Below, piece after piece: positions 48,067 through 58,204 of a stretch of 64,000 nt of DNA. Under the pieces are notes generated by a model. The model worked only from the letters and a program-made list of their open reading frames with translations, ran no database searches and was not told the DNA's origin. The stretch covers positions 3,425 to 67,424 of the forward strand of contig CABMCT010000031.1 of the NCBI GenBank assembly GCA_902384675.1, given 5' to 3'. How positions within the stretch are numbered: position 1 is the stretch's first letter; the number at the start of each line of letters is the position of its first letter. The stretch comes from an uncultured archaeon (GTDB lineage: Archaea > EX4484-52 > LFW-46). A program made the translations under genes and the position numbers.

Positions 48067-49194
48067 TTATCTCATATGGTTCGGAGAGCCATTAGCCCAG
48101 ACCCTATTTATAGATTTGCAGATACGGCTAATTTCTTCGTCATTTAGCGACGGGTAAATCGGTACTGAAATTGCACGGCTCATGGCGCGCTCTGCGTTTG
48201 GGAATTCACCGCATTTACCGAAGTATTTGTGCAGCGGCCTGAAAACCGGCTTTGCGCAATTGACGCCGCATTTCTTCATCGCTTCAATGTATTTGTCCGG
48301 ATTATCGACTTCGACAACATACCTGAAACATATGCCATCCCGATTCGTTCTGCCATCCATACCGATGCGCTCAAACGCATCATCATAAATTTTTGCGATT
48401 TCATTTCTTCGCCTGATGAAAGAGTCAAGCTGCCTTAACTGGCTTCTTCCAAGAGCTGCGGCAAAGTCGGCCATTTCATAATTATAAGAAACGGCGTAGC
48501 CTTCCCGCTCGTCATATTTCGTCAAATCCGCAAATCTGTCCAGTAACTGCGGCGAGTTTGCCAGAGCCATTCCTCCATGGCCGGTTGTCAGGACTTTTGT
48601 TGCATAAAACGAAAATATGGACAAGTCCCCGAGGCTGCCGAGCTTTTTTCCTTTATACTCCGCACCTATTGCCTGCGCGCAGTCTTCGATGAGCGGCACA
48701 TCTATTTTTAGCAGCCTGTCAAGATTTGCCGGGATGCCGAACATGTGCGGCACAATTATTGCTTTTGTTTTTTTTGATAATTTTTCCTCAACCGATTCAG
48801 GGCTGATATTATATCCGCCGGGCTCTATGTCTGCAAGTACCGGCGTTGCTCCGGTGTAATTTACTGCGCTAAGCACCGATGCGCAAACATAAGTCGGTAG
48901 CACAACCTCATCGCCGGATTTTATACCAAGAGCCTTAAGCGCAAGATGCAGGGCATTGGTGCCCGAGTTTGCGGCGACACCCATGCGGACACCTATAAAG
49001 CTACTCATCTCTTTTTCAAACAAGCCAACCTCTTTGCGGGATGCAATTTGTCCGCTAAGCAGATTGCGGGCTACAGAATCCATGTCTCTCTTGCTGATTG
49101 TCGGCCTTGAGTGCGGAATTATCATTTGATCACTTCGAATAGTCGAAGACTTTCGAAGGCTTGAAAATCTGTGCGATTGCCTGAAGATTTTCAT
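48067..49194 (-). CDS. DegT/DnrJ/EryC1-family PLP-dependent sugar aminotransferase
   Basis: IPHSRPTIS start region, FSFYATKVLTTGHGG (PLP-Lys region); probable true start MIIPHSRP at 49125, upstream 23 codons being repeat-derived. Confidence 0.9.
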   Translation of the reverse strand: MKIFRQSHRFSSLRKSSTIRSDQMIIPHSRPTISKRDMDSVARNLLSGQIASRKEVGLFEKEMSSFIGVRMGVAANSGTNALHLALKALGIKSGDEVVLPTYVCASVLSAVNYTGATPVLADIEPGGYNISPESVEEKLSKKTKAIIVPHMFGIPANLDRLLKIDVPLIEDCAQAIGAEYKGKKLGSLGDLSIFSFYATKVLTTGHGGMALANSPQLLDRFADLTKYDEREGYAVSYNYEMADFAAALGRSQLRQLDSFIRRRNEIAKIYDDAFERIGMDGRTNRDGICFRYVVEVDNPDKYIEAMKKCGVNCAKPVFRPLHKYFGKCGEFPNAERAMSRAISVPIYPSLNDEEISRICKSINRVWANGSPNHMR

Positions 49195-49218
49195 GACCTC
49201 CTAATATCCTTTGGCTCT

Positions 49219-50976
49219 TTAAGCTATACCTGCTTTCCGGCTGTTTGTATCGCGGCATACAGTATCGCGAATCGAATCAATTGAATCTCCTCCGTATCTG
49301 TCGCGCGCCAGATCTTTCTTATAAAAATTCCTGGTTTTTTTGTCGGTCCCCTTAACTTCCCCGCAAGGGACGTAGCCCAGGTTGATGTAAAAATTATTTG
49401 CAGATGGATTGTCTGTCAGTGCTTTCAGTTCCGCCTGCGTTATGTTGTTTTCAAGGCACCTGCTTTCAAACGCATCCAGAAGCAGTTTGCCGATGCCATT
49501 TTTCCTGTGATTTCTGTCCACCAGGATTTTGTTGACCCTTGCCAATTTTTCATTTGCCTGCGAGCCTATGAGGTATCCGATTATGGCGCTGTTCCGGGTT
49601 GCTGCAAAACTAAGCTTCCATTTTCCGGGAATCCGGCACATGAAATTATCCCTGCTCCATGGCCGCTCGCCAAGCTCAGTCCAGTTGTCTTCAAGCGAAA
49701 GAAACTTTGAAAGATTCTTCATCACATATCTTTCGGAAATCCTGCGGATGATAATCTTTTGGGAGGATTCGCTGTCTTTGCGCCATGTATTGCTCCAGTT
49801 AAGCTGCTTGTGCGCGGCTTTTTCATAAGTAATTTTTGAAAAAGACACAAGAGTTAGCGCGCTTCCTATAAACTTGTAGACGTAAATTTCAGGGGTGTAG
49901 CGAAGGTATTTTGGAGAAATAATTGCCGTCGGAACTATAGTCAGGAAAGCGTCTGCCAGGAAAAAACCTTTTACATAGCTCATGCCAAAGAGCGGTAGTG
50001 CCCCGGGTGCGGCAACATTGATTGCAAAAACCAGCGGAAGGGTGACCACCCCCAAAGCATATGGCACAGACTCTATCATGCTCGGCAGAACAGTTGTCAG
50101 GAATAATTTTTTCGCTTTAACAAGCTTTCTTCCGTGGATGTAAATGCTCTGGAACGTTCCGGAGTACCATCTGAACCATTGGCGCATGAGAGCAGACGGC
50201 TTTTCCGAATCAAACGAATGAATCAGCGCGCCCTCCTCGTAAATTATTTTATACCCGTGCTCCTGTAGCACCCACGTGTAGTCGGTATCCTCTGTCTTTG
50301 TCCTTACAGGGATAGGAAGGTCATGCAGGATTTTTGTCCTGTATGCAGTGCCAGCGCCGCAAACAACAGAAACGGCGTTCCTGTAGCTCTGGGCAACTTT
50401 CCGGATTTTAAAGACCTCATTGTTCCAGGAATTTCCATAATGCAGCGCCCTTGCAAGCGGGTTATTGGGTGGGAGCGTATAGCCATAAGGCGTAACAGCG
50501 GCTATGTCATCCGAAGTAAAATTCCCGGCCATTTTTTCAATACATTCCTTGTCCAGGAGGATGTCGCTGTCAACAACAACCGTAATGCTGCCAAGCTGAT
50601 GCATTAATTTCTTAACAGCGTAATTTATGTTTTTCGCCTTGCCCATGTTTTTCTTCCGCCTCAGGTAAAAGAAATTATCAAATTCGAGCTGGAGCTTTTG
50701 GCATATTTCGTGCGTCCTGTCTGTTGAGCAGTCGTCAATGACAACCACATTTTTTGGCTTTAGCGTCTGGCTGTAAATTGACATGACAGTGGTTTCAAGC
50801 GATTTTTCCGAATTGTATGCAGGTATGATTACAGAAACTTTACGGTTATTTCCCCTTGACATGCAGCCCCGCTTCCCGGGATTTTTTTTAATCTTATCCC
50901 GGATGTACTTTAATCCGAGCGTTATGGCATCTATTGAAAACGTGAGAGGCATTATATACGGAATCCCGATTCCCAT
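49219..50976 (-). CDS. Processive-type family-2 glycosyltransferase fused to C-terminal GNAT N-acetyltransferase
   Basis: VSVIIPAYNSEKSL, DDCSTDRT, DSD, QWFRWYSG (QxxRW) followed by TM helices; C-terminal VDRNHRKNGIGKLLLDAFE GNAT motif A. Confidence 0.8.
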   Translation of the reverse strand: MGIGIPYIMPLTFSIDAITLGLKYIRDKIKKNPGKRGCMSRGNNRKVSVIIPAYNSEKSLETTVMSIYSQTLKPKNVVVIDDCSTDRTHEICQKLQLEFDNFFYLRRKKNMGKAKNINYAVKKLMHQLGSITVVVDSDILLDKECIEKMAGNFTSDDIAAVTPYGYTLPPNNPLARALHYGNSWNNEVFKIRKVAQSYRNAVSVVCGAGTAYRTKILHDLPIPVRTKTEDTDYTWVLQEHGYKIIYEEGALIHSFDSEKPSALMRQWFRWYSGTFQSIYIHGRKLVKAKKLFLTTVLPSMIESVPYALGVVTLPLVFAINVAAPGALPLFGMSYVKGFFLADAFLTIVPTAIISPKYLRYTPEIYVYKFIGSALTLVSFSKITYEKAAHKQLNWSNTWRKDSESSQKIIIRRISERYVMKNLSKFLSLEDNWTELGERPWSRDNFMCRIPGKWKLSFAATRNSAIIGYLIGSQANEKLARVNKILVDRNHRKNGIGKLLLDAFESRCLENNITQAELKALTDNPSANNFYINLGYVPCGEVKGTDKKTRNFYKKDLARDRYGGDSIDSIRDTVCRDTNSRKAGIA

Positions 50977-52053
50977 TTAATTCACCCCCTGAAAAACAGC
51001 ATCTTTTGAGGACGCGGAATTCTCCGGCAGGGCGGAGTCCCAGAAAATTTTTTTCCCGCCCACTTCCGTTTCATACCTCATGATTTGAACGCCTTCCTTG
51101 TAATCGAATTCCGGGTATGGTTCGTGCAGGTAATCCAGAACCGGCAGCAAGGCGATATTTCTTCCGCTTGCCGATGAAAGATAAATGCTGCCGCCGACAC
51201 GAGGGTTGACATCCAGGACATAAATTTTTCCTGAGTTGTCTTTTCTCATTTCAATCTCAATCAGGCCTTTGAGGTTAAGCGCTTCTATTATTTTTCTGCA
51301 CACTTCTTCCATTTCCGGCGCGTACACTGAAACAGAGCGCATTCCTATTATTTTGTCTCCTGCAGCAACCCTGAGCTTTTTGCGGACAGCGCCAAAATAT
51401 ATGCTTCCGCGGCTGTTGATATATGCGTCGATGCCATAATCGCTGGATTCGATGAACTGCTGGCATATCGGCGGGCCGAAGTCGTTTTTAAAAGAATTCC
51501 AATAATCCTCGAGCTTTTTCTTCTCATCAGGCGAATTGCCTTTTACTGTATGCGTGTGTCTTCCGCCCCTGCCCGTCCGCGGTTTTATAAAAGCCGGGAT
51601 GCCGACAAGTTTCCGGATATCCTCTATACTTGTGCCTTTTTCTATGCTTGCTGTCAGTGGAACGATATCAAGGTGCTTTGTTGTTTCATACAGTTTCAGC
51701 TTGTCCTTTGCAGACATGACGCCGCCATGATTTCCTATCGGAAGCGTGTTGATTTTTTCCGTGTTCCGGCAGCTCCCGGACAGCGCCACCATTTCTTCAT
51801 CAGAAGTAGGAATCACCAAATCGATGCCCAGGCTTTGGACAACTTTTTGCATTTGAGGTATGTACTCATTGCTTCCAGGGTTTGGAAGAATTACGAAATC
51901 ATCGCATAAGATTTTAGGGTGGTCCGGGCTCATATCTGCCCCGACAAAAAATAATCTTTTGCCCAGGTACGACTCTTTAAGGCATCTGACAAAGTTGTAC
52001 GCCGCTCTTCCTCCGATTGATGTAATAAGAATTTTGGTGTTCATAAAAAACAC
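50977..52053 (-). CDS. ATP-grasp ligase
   Basis: 358 aa; FIKPRTGRGGRHTHTV, YVLDVNPRVGGS ATP-grasp features; abuts the GT2 gene. Confidence 0.75.
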   Translation of the reverse strand: MFFMNTKILITSIGGRAAYNFVRCLKESYLGKRLFFVGADMSPDHPKILCDDFVILPNPGSNEYIPQMQKVVQSLGIDLVIPTSDEEMVALSGSCRNTEKINTLPIGNHGGVMSAKDKLKLYETTKHLDIVPLTASIEKGTSIEDIRKLVGIPAFIKPRTGRGGRHTHTVKGNSPDEKKKLEDYWNSFKNDFGPPICQQFIESSDYGIDAYINSRGSIYFGAVRKKLRVAAGDKIIGMRSVSVYAPEMEEVCRKIIEALNLKGLIEIEMRKDNSGKIYVLDVNPRVGGSIYLSSASGRNIALLPVLDYLHEPYPEFDYKEGVQIMRYETEVGGKKIFWDSALPENSASSKDAVFQGVN

Positions 52054-52083
52054 ATCTCCGGGTTTTCGAAATCCCGCAATTCA

Positions 52084-52932
52084 TTAATCGCTGCGCATAA
52101 GATCCATGACGTCGTTTTTGTTTCCGCCAGCAGACCTTAGCATTTCCAGTGCCCATGAAATATCGCCTACTTTTGAAGCATGGTGCGCATCGGAGCCGAT
52201 GCTGAATTTTACGCCATGGAACCTGCATATCCTGATAAACTCAGGCGGAGGCACGCAGTAGTTCGTGTTTATTTCAACAGCCTTCCCGTGTGCACCAATA
52301 AAGCTGGCAAGATTGTGCATTTCGGTTTCATCAGGCATCGTGATGTTGAACTTATGCAATAGGTCAAAAGGATGGCCTATGATATCGACTGATTTGTTCC
52401 TGCATATCGCCCTGAGCGCCTCAAGGTATACTTCCTTTGTTTTATGCGGGTCCAGCTTCTGTATAGTCGTGTCCCCTTCCATTATGTTCAGGCCAGGAAT
52501 CCTGTGAAGAGAGCAGACAATAAGTTCTGCACGATTTTCTGCGGATTTTGAAATGTCCAATGTTCCGTTCATATCAAGAAGCTTGGTTTCAAATCCGAGA
52601 ATCACTGCGGAGCCGCTGCTTTTTCTTCCATTTTCTACAGCTTCGATGTATTTGTCAACCCATGGAGAGCCAGCCCTTATATGTTCGGTTATTGCAATCT
52701 TTGCAAGGCCCTTTTCATTTGCAGCCCGAATCATATCCTGGACGCTTGAGTCCCCGTCGGTAAAATTCGTGTGCATATGAAAATCGGATTTTATTTCCAA
52801 CGCTCGAAAGCGCTGTTGGATCCGTTCGCTTGCGCTCTCGGCTTTCCAACCCAAAGCAGTTGGTGAATGGTTGCAAAAGGTTTGAAACTCGTGCCTTTTG
52901 CAAGCGAGTTTCATGATCTTTATTTCTTCCAT
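52084..52932 (-). CDS. PHP-domain phosphoesterase
   Basis: HMHTNFTDGDSSVQDMIRAANEKGLAKIAITEH; N-terminal ~40 aa repeat-derived. Confidence 0.75.
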   Translation of the reverse strand: MEEIKIMKLACKRHEFQTFCNHSPTALGWKAESASERIQQRFRALEIKSDFHMHTNFTDGDSSVQDMIRAANEKGLAKIAITEHIRAGSPWVDKYIEAVENGRKSSGSAVILGFETKLLDMNGTLDISKSAENRAELIVCSLHRIPGLNIMEGDTTIQKLDPHKTKEVYLEALRAICRNKSVDIIGHPFDLLHKFNITMPDETEMHNLASFIGAHGKAVEINTNYCVPPPEFIRICRFHGVKFSIGSDAHHASKVGDISWALEMLRSAGGNKNDVMDLMRSD

Positions 52933-53579
52933 GAACTCCCCTCCATTACGTTCAGGACAATATGATTCGCACAGAAAGGCTCTGCGTATGGGTGCGTGGG
53001 AGTACGTGCCGTACAGAAACAGTAGAACCTTAAATCCGCTTTCACCCGTTCCATATCTACACTGCCGCTTTTTATTTGCGATTTGTAGTGGGATAGCGCT
53101 TCTTTTTTCTTAAGAAAATCGTTTTTTGAGCCGACATGAAATATGTGCGGCTGAAACGATGCAAGGGCTGTTGCCGGCGTTTTATAAAAAAAGATATTGG
53201 GCACATCCCTGCACGCAATCGATGATGCATGGCTGACAGTTTCATGGTCCTGGTGCCGGTCTTGTGGAAAATGCAGATATGCAACAAGCGGGTTCTCGCG
53301 CGATATTATTTTTTCAAGGTCGTCCTTTAGCTCGTTAAAATGTTCGTGGAGGCGCGTATCAGGATAGTGAAGAAAATGCAATCGTTTTATCCCGATAAAA
53401 TCTGCAGCGCGCCTCGCTTCCATCATCCGGGTGTTCTTTTCGCCGCCCAGCTCGCCGTCGCTGCATATTATGCCTATAACATCGTCGCCCTGCAAAGCGT
53501 GGAACATCAGCCGCATCGCAGCTCCCAATTCGTAGTCGTCCGGATGAGCTCCGATTGCAACAACTTTTCTGTTTGCCAT
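52920..53579 (-). CDS. PIG-L/LmbE-family N-acetylglucosaminyl deacetylase
   Basis: VVAIGAHPDDYELGAAM and HQDHETV motifs. Confidence 0.85.
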   Translation of the reverse strand: MANRKVVAIGAHPDDYELGAAMRLMFHALQGDDVIGIICSDGELGGEKNTRMMEARRAADFIGIKRLHFLHYPDTRLHEHFNELKDDLEKIISRENPLVAYLHFPQDRHQDHETVSHASSIACRDVPNIFFYKTPATALASFQPHIFHVGSKNDFLKKKEALSHYKSQIKSGSVDMERVKADLRFYCFCTARTPTHPYAEPFCANHIVLNVMEGSSWKK

Positions 53580-54139
53580 AAATCACAGCATCACCCCGGT
53601 TAAAGCAGAAATCAATGCGCAAAGAAGAACGTTTGGTTTTGCACAATAACTATGGACGTTTTGGAAGAATTCTGCGAACATATCATCACCTTAAGAGTAG
53701 CGGTGTATTATCTCCCTTAAGATGGATATATCGGTTGCTCTTTAGCTTATGAGTATGAGAATACAGTATATAAACTTTCAAAATATTTTTGCCAAAAAAT
53801 CGCTAAACGCCGAAGATAAAAAATTCGTCAGGCGTTGAAAAGAAATATTTTTTCAGGGTGTGCTGTGCAAAAATGCATAACGAGAATCAGACGATGTTTG
53901 CGGGCTTAGAATCGGCGATTGCGTAATAATATAGAACCTTATTCACTTGCAATACGGGCAGTTGCATGCAGTTCTAGTTCCATTGTCCCGTGCGCCCGCC
54001 AGCTTTTTTTCAATATAACCTGCTTCGTTAGGCATATCGAATTGAGAGTTGATATCTACTATAATAGGACCTACAACGTTTCCTATAGTTCGTTCCGCAT
54101 ATATTTGTCCGGACATATAATCCATCATTTACTATTTTT

Positions 54140-54442
54140 CTATTTCTTCTCTTCAGTTGCAGGTGCTGCTCCTTCAGCGGGCTTTGCTTCGCCTTTCTTT
54201 GATTTCTTTTTCGGCGCCTCTTTGTCGTAGACGCTTGCAATTACTTCGCTCTGTAGCTTGCCGTATTTCTGGTAAACGTGGCTGACTGCGATATTCTCTT
54301 CTTTTGCAGAGAGCGACTTTGCCAATTCTTTCAGGACATCAGCCTTGCTCGGCGTTGCGCCGTCTTTTGTGAAAACTGCCTTTATCTCTTTTCTGGCGAG
54401 CAGTTCGTTTCTTTTGTCTGAAATTATTTTTAGTTCTTGCAT
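54140..54442 (-). CDS. rps24e: Ribosomal protein S24e
   Basis: MQELKIISDKRNELLARKEIKAVFTKDGATPSKADVLKELAKSLSAKEENIAVSHVYQKYG; start at the internal Met of the ORF. Confidence 0.85.
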   Translation of the reverse strand: MQELKIISDKRNELLARKEIKAVFTKDGATPSKADVLKELAKSLSAKEENIAVSHVYQKYGKLQSEVIASVYDKEAPKKKSKKGEAKPAEGAAPATEEKK

Positions 54443-54455
54443 ATTAACAACCTTT

Positions 54456-54728
54456 TCAACCAAGTTCAATAACATAAAGCCCGTTTGTTTCAAGTTGCTT
54501 TGGCGTATAGAACTTTGAAACGTCAAGCTTAAAAACCTTGCTGCATTTCTTTGTGATTTTCCTGCCAGTGTATTTCTTTGTCTTTGGGTCGAATTCCTCG
54601 AGGATGAGCATGTCGCCTGCCTTTAAATCGAAATCAGCGAGGCGCAATTCGAATTTCTTTTCGCCTTTTTGAATTGCATCGAAATATTCCGGCCAGATTT
54701 TTTTGCGTATTTCGGACATAAAAATCAC
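54456..54728 (-). CDS. ASCH/PUA-like small protein (DUF3850-like)
   Basis: IWPEYFDAIQKGEKKFELRLADFDLKAGDMLILEE pattern. Confidence 0.5.
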   Translation of the reverse strand: MIFMSEIRKKIWPEYFDAIQKGEKKFELRLADFDLKAGDMLILEEFDPKTKKYTGRKITKKCSKVFKLDVSKFYTPKQLETNGLYVIELG

Positions 54729-54889
54729 CGTTAATCAGTAGGCGTGCACCCTATCGAATGCATTATGTGGTACTGCCAGTTCATTGTTTTTGCATAATTT
54801 TCCTGTGAGGTTTCTACGAATTTTTTACTGATTCTTTCCATAGACTTTGAGATAATGTCTGGATTGTATATGCCAACCATAAATTTGCC

Positions 54890-55075
54890 TCACATCACCT
54901 GCAGCGCGTATTTACCCGGCACTGCAATTCCCGCCTTTTTCGCGATTTCGGAATCAGGGCTGAATACGACAATTACTCCTTTCCAGTTGGTTGTCAGGTC
55001 GTTTGATTTGCATACGTCGCATTCGTTTCCTTCCTCAATCAGGCGTTTACAAACCCTGCATGCGCGTTCATTCAT
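54890..55075 (-). CDS. spt4: Transcription elongation factor Spt4 / RNAP subunit E''
   Basis: ACRVCKRLIEEGNECDVCKSNDLTTNWKGVIVVFSPDSEIAKKAGIAVPGKYALQV. Confidence 0.8.
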   Translation of the reverse strand: MNERACRVCKRLIEEGNECDVCKSNDLTTNWKGVIVVFSPDSEIAKKAGIAVPGKYALQVM

Positions 55076-55273
55076 TTTTAACCATCTCCAATAATCATAA
55101 TTTTCATTTGCTCTGGGTTAAAAAGCCGAGAGTTCCGCACATAATGGTTAGTAAGGCGGAACGAACGGATTTCCAACAATTAACATATTGCTTTGGGTTG
55201 GAAAGCTTGATATGTTAATATCATGATTTTTCGCCGTTAACCTAATGCATTAGGCGAAAATATCTTTTTCACC

Positions 55274-55882
55274 TTATTTCTCTTTTTTGCCCTTTTCCTT
55301 GGGCTTTTCCTCTTCTCCTGCTTTCTTGGCCTTTTTTTCCTTCTCTTTTCTTTCGGCTTCTATCCAGTCAAGAGAACCCAGACCATCCTGGCGCATTGTG
55401 ATTGTGATTTTGTTCACTTCCTTTTTCTCAAGGCTTATTGCGGTTATTCGCGCGCGGACCGTATCCCCGATTTTAAGCACTTTTGCGGTTTTTTTGCCGA
55501 CTATGACATTTGCTTTCGGGTCGCGGCTTACGTAATCATTCATGACCTGCGAAATGTGGCACATCCCGTCAATCGGCCCGAATCTTACAAATACGCCGAA
55601 ATCCGTTATGTCTATAACCTGCCCCTCGATGATTTCATGAAGCTTCGGGACAAAGAGCATTGCCTCGAATTTTGCGGAATAAAATATGCCCGGGTCGTCT
55701 GCTTTTATTGTGCCTCCCTTGACATCTGATGCCTGCGTTACTGCAAGCACAACGCCTACATCGGGAATTATGTGGTTCTCGTATTTCTGCACAAGGCTTT
55801 TCAGTACCACGTCTTCTTTTTTGCCGCCGATATTTTCCGGCGGGACTCTTATTTCGTCTTCAAAATTTGCCATTTCGAACAT
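55274..55882 (-). CDS. rpoE: DNA-directed RNA polymerase subunit E' (Rpb7-like, S1 domain)
   Basis: 202 aa; Rpb7 N-domain plus S1 fold (GQVIDITDFGVFVRFGPIDGMCHISQV); Lys/Glu tail. Confidence 0.9.
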   Translation of the reverse strand: MFEMANFEDEIRVPPENIGGKKEDVVLKSLVQKYENHIIPDVGVVLAVTQASDVKGGTIKADDPGIFYSAKFEAMLFVPKLHEIIEGQVIDITDFGVFVRFGPIDGMCHISQVMNDYVSRDPKANVIVGKKTAKVLKIGDTVRARITAISLEKKEVNKITITMRQDGLGSLDWIEAERKEKEKKAKKAGEEEKPKEKGKKEK

Positions 55883-56130
55883 TTTTTATCATTCTCCTTC
55901 TTCTTTAGATAAAAAAGCTTAAAATCCGTAGATTTTATGATTTTTAGCCATCTCCATTTTTAACCATTAGCCCCTTACTTGGGCTAAAAAGCTTGCCACG
56001 TTGTGGCAAGATTAATTCACCATTTACTATAAGAATAAAACCGTACGGGATTCTGGCTCAGGTTGTCTCTAATTAGATGCTGCTTATTCTTTATAAATCT
56101 AATCGGGAGCCAAAACCCCCTAAAATTTCT

Positions 56131-58134
56131 TTACCCAAGCGCAATCAATCCGCCATAAGCCGCAATTGCAGCCGCGAATATCAGCGCTATTGTGTTCATT
56201 ACCTTGATAAGCGAGTTGAGCGCAGGTCCTGCAGTGTCCTTGAACGGGTCCCCTACAGTGTCTCCAACAACTGCTGCCTTGTGCGGCTCTGATTTTTTGC
56301 CGCCGTAGTTGCCCTTTTCGATGTATTTCTTTGCGTTGTCCCAGGCTGCGCCTCCTGATGTCATTTGTATTGCAAGCAAAAGGCCGCTAATGATAACTCC
56401 GACAAGCAACCCTCCAAGAGCTACCGGGCCAAGCAGGAATCCGACAGCAAGCGGGGATATTACAGCAAGCAATGCAGGAACGGTCATTTCCTTTATTGCC
56501 GCCTTTGTTACAATATCAACGCATTTGCCGTATTCGGGTTTTGCAGTGCCTTTCATTATGCCTTTGATTTCGCGGAACTGCCTTCGGACTTCCTCGACTA
56601 TTTCGAATGCTGCCCTGCCCACAGCGCTCATCGCATAGGATGAGAACAGGAACGGCAGCATTCCTCCGATGAAAAGCACTGCCAGGACAAGAGGGTCGCT
56701 TAAGCTGAAAGTGATGGCTCTTATTTTTGAAGTCTCTGCCGTGAATGACGCAAAAAGCGCCAGCGCTCCAAGTGCTGCAGAGCCTATTGCATAGCCTTTT
56801 GTTACTGCTTTTGTGGTGTTTCCGACAGCATCCAAATTATCCGTGATTTCCCTGACCTTTTCGGAAAGCCCTGACATTTCTGCTATGCCTCCTGCATTGT
56901 CTGTTATAGGCCCGTAAGAGTCGATTGCAACAATCATTCCTGTTGTCGAAAGCATCGCAACAGCCGCTATTGCAACCGAGTAAATGCCAAAAGTTCCGCC
57001 GAGCATGTAAGCCCCAAGCATTCCTGCTGCGATAACAAGAACAGGCAGCGCTGTGCTCTGCAAGCCTACTGCAAGGCCGGTTATTATGTTAGTTCCGGGC
57101 CCGGTCTGCGAAGCCTTTGCAATGCTTCTGACAGGGTAGTATTCTGTTGAAGTGTAATATTCGGTTATCAGGATTATTGCGACTGTGACGCCGAGTCCGA
57201 TTATGCCTGAATAGAACAGGTTCATTCCAAGGCCAAGGTATTTTGTCACTTCGTAAAATCCGATTGCTGAAAGCGCGCCTGATGCTATTGCGCCTTTGTA
57301 CAGTGCGCCCATTATGTTCTGCGAGCTTCCGAGCCTGACGAAAAATGTCCCCAGGATGCTTGCGATTATTGCAACAGAGCCAAGCATCAGCGGGTAAAGG
57401 GAGTAAACAGTGTCCTTCATAATGAGGGAACCGATAAGCATTGCCGCGATTAATGTGACTGCATAAGTCTCGAAAAGGTCCGCGCCCATTCCTGCGCAGT
57501 CCCCTACATTGTCACCGACATTGTCTGCGATAACTGCGGGGTTTCTCGGGTCGTCCTCAGGGATTCCTGCCTCGACTTTTCCGACCAAATCAGCGCCCAC
57601 GTCTGCTGCTTTTGTGTATATCCCGCACCCGACTCTAGCGAAAAGCGAAATTAAAGACTCGCCAAAGCGGAATCCGATAATCATGACCGGGTCGCCATAA
57701 ACATAATAGAATGCGCTGACTCCAAGAAGCCCCAAACCGACAACTGAAAGCCCGGTTACCGCACCGCCCCTGAAAGCGACTGAAAGCGCATCGCTAAGCC
57801 CGTTTTTGGCAGCTTCTGCAGTTCTTACGTTTGCGCGCACAGATATATTCATGCCGATGTATCCTGCCAAGGCCGAGGAAATCGCCCCTGCCACAAAACC
57901 AATGGCAGTTGGCGCATTTATTGCATAATATAAAATTAATGCAATAATTACTGCAAAGACAGCGACTGTCCTGTACTGGCGATTGAGGTACGCCATAGCG
58001 CCTTCCTGTATTGCTTTTGCTATCGACTGCATTTTTTCGCTGCCCTGAGGCTTTCGAAGCACGTTAGCCGCGAGAATTCCCGCAAAAACAATCGATAAAG
58101 CACTTGCAATAAATGCCAAGAAAACAGGTTGCAT
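56131..58134 (-). CDS. hppA: Membrane-bound proton-translocating pyrophosphatase
   Basis: 667 aa, ~16 TM; [43 protein letters not shown] motifs. Confidence 0.95.
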   Translation of the reverse strand: MQPVFLAFIASALSIVFAGILAANVLRKPQGSEKMQSIAKAIQEGAMAYLNRQYRTVAVFAVIIALILYYAINAPTAIGFVAGAISSALAGYIGMNISVRANVRTAEAAKNGLSDALSVAFRGGAVTGLSVVGLGLLGVSAFYYVYGDPVMIIGFRFGESLISLFARVGCGIYTKAADVGADLVGKVEAGIPEDDPRNPAVIADNVGDNVGDCAGMGADLFETYAVTLIAAMLIGSLIMKDTVYSLYPLMLGSVAIIASILGTFFVRLGSSQNIMGALYKGAIASGALSAIGFYEVTKYLGLGMNLFYSGIIGLGVTVAIILITEYYTSTEYYPVRSIAKASQTGPGTNIITGLAVGLQSTALPVLVIAAGMLGAYMLGGTFGIYSVAIAAVAMLSTTGMIVAIDSYGPITDNAGGIAEMSGLSEKVREITDNLDAVGNTTKAVTKGYAIGSAALGALALFASFTAETSKIRAITFSLSDPLVLAVLFIGGMLPFLFSSYAMSAVGRAAFEIVEEVRRQFREIKGIMKGTAKPEYGKCVDIVTKAAIKEMTVPALLAVISPLAVGFLLGPVALGGLLVGVIISGLLLAIQMTSGGAAWDNAKKYIEKGNYGGKKSEPHKAAVVGDTVGDPFKDTAGPALNSLIKVMNTIALIFAAAIAAYGGLIALG

Positions 58135-58204
58135 TGTGACACCAATCGATAATAATCCTATGAAAGGATAGTTTTATAAAGGTTGTGATGTATAAATATA
58201 GTTA

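Noticed and set aside
53943-54128. 61-aa Cys-containing ORF downstream of rps24e, initially taken for S27ae
   Set aside because: Sequence (…ARDNGTRTACNCPYCK) does not fit the S27ae pattern; a convincing S27ae is at 42992-43129; coding status uncertain.
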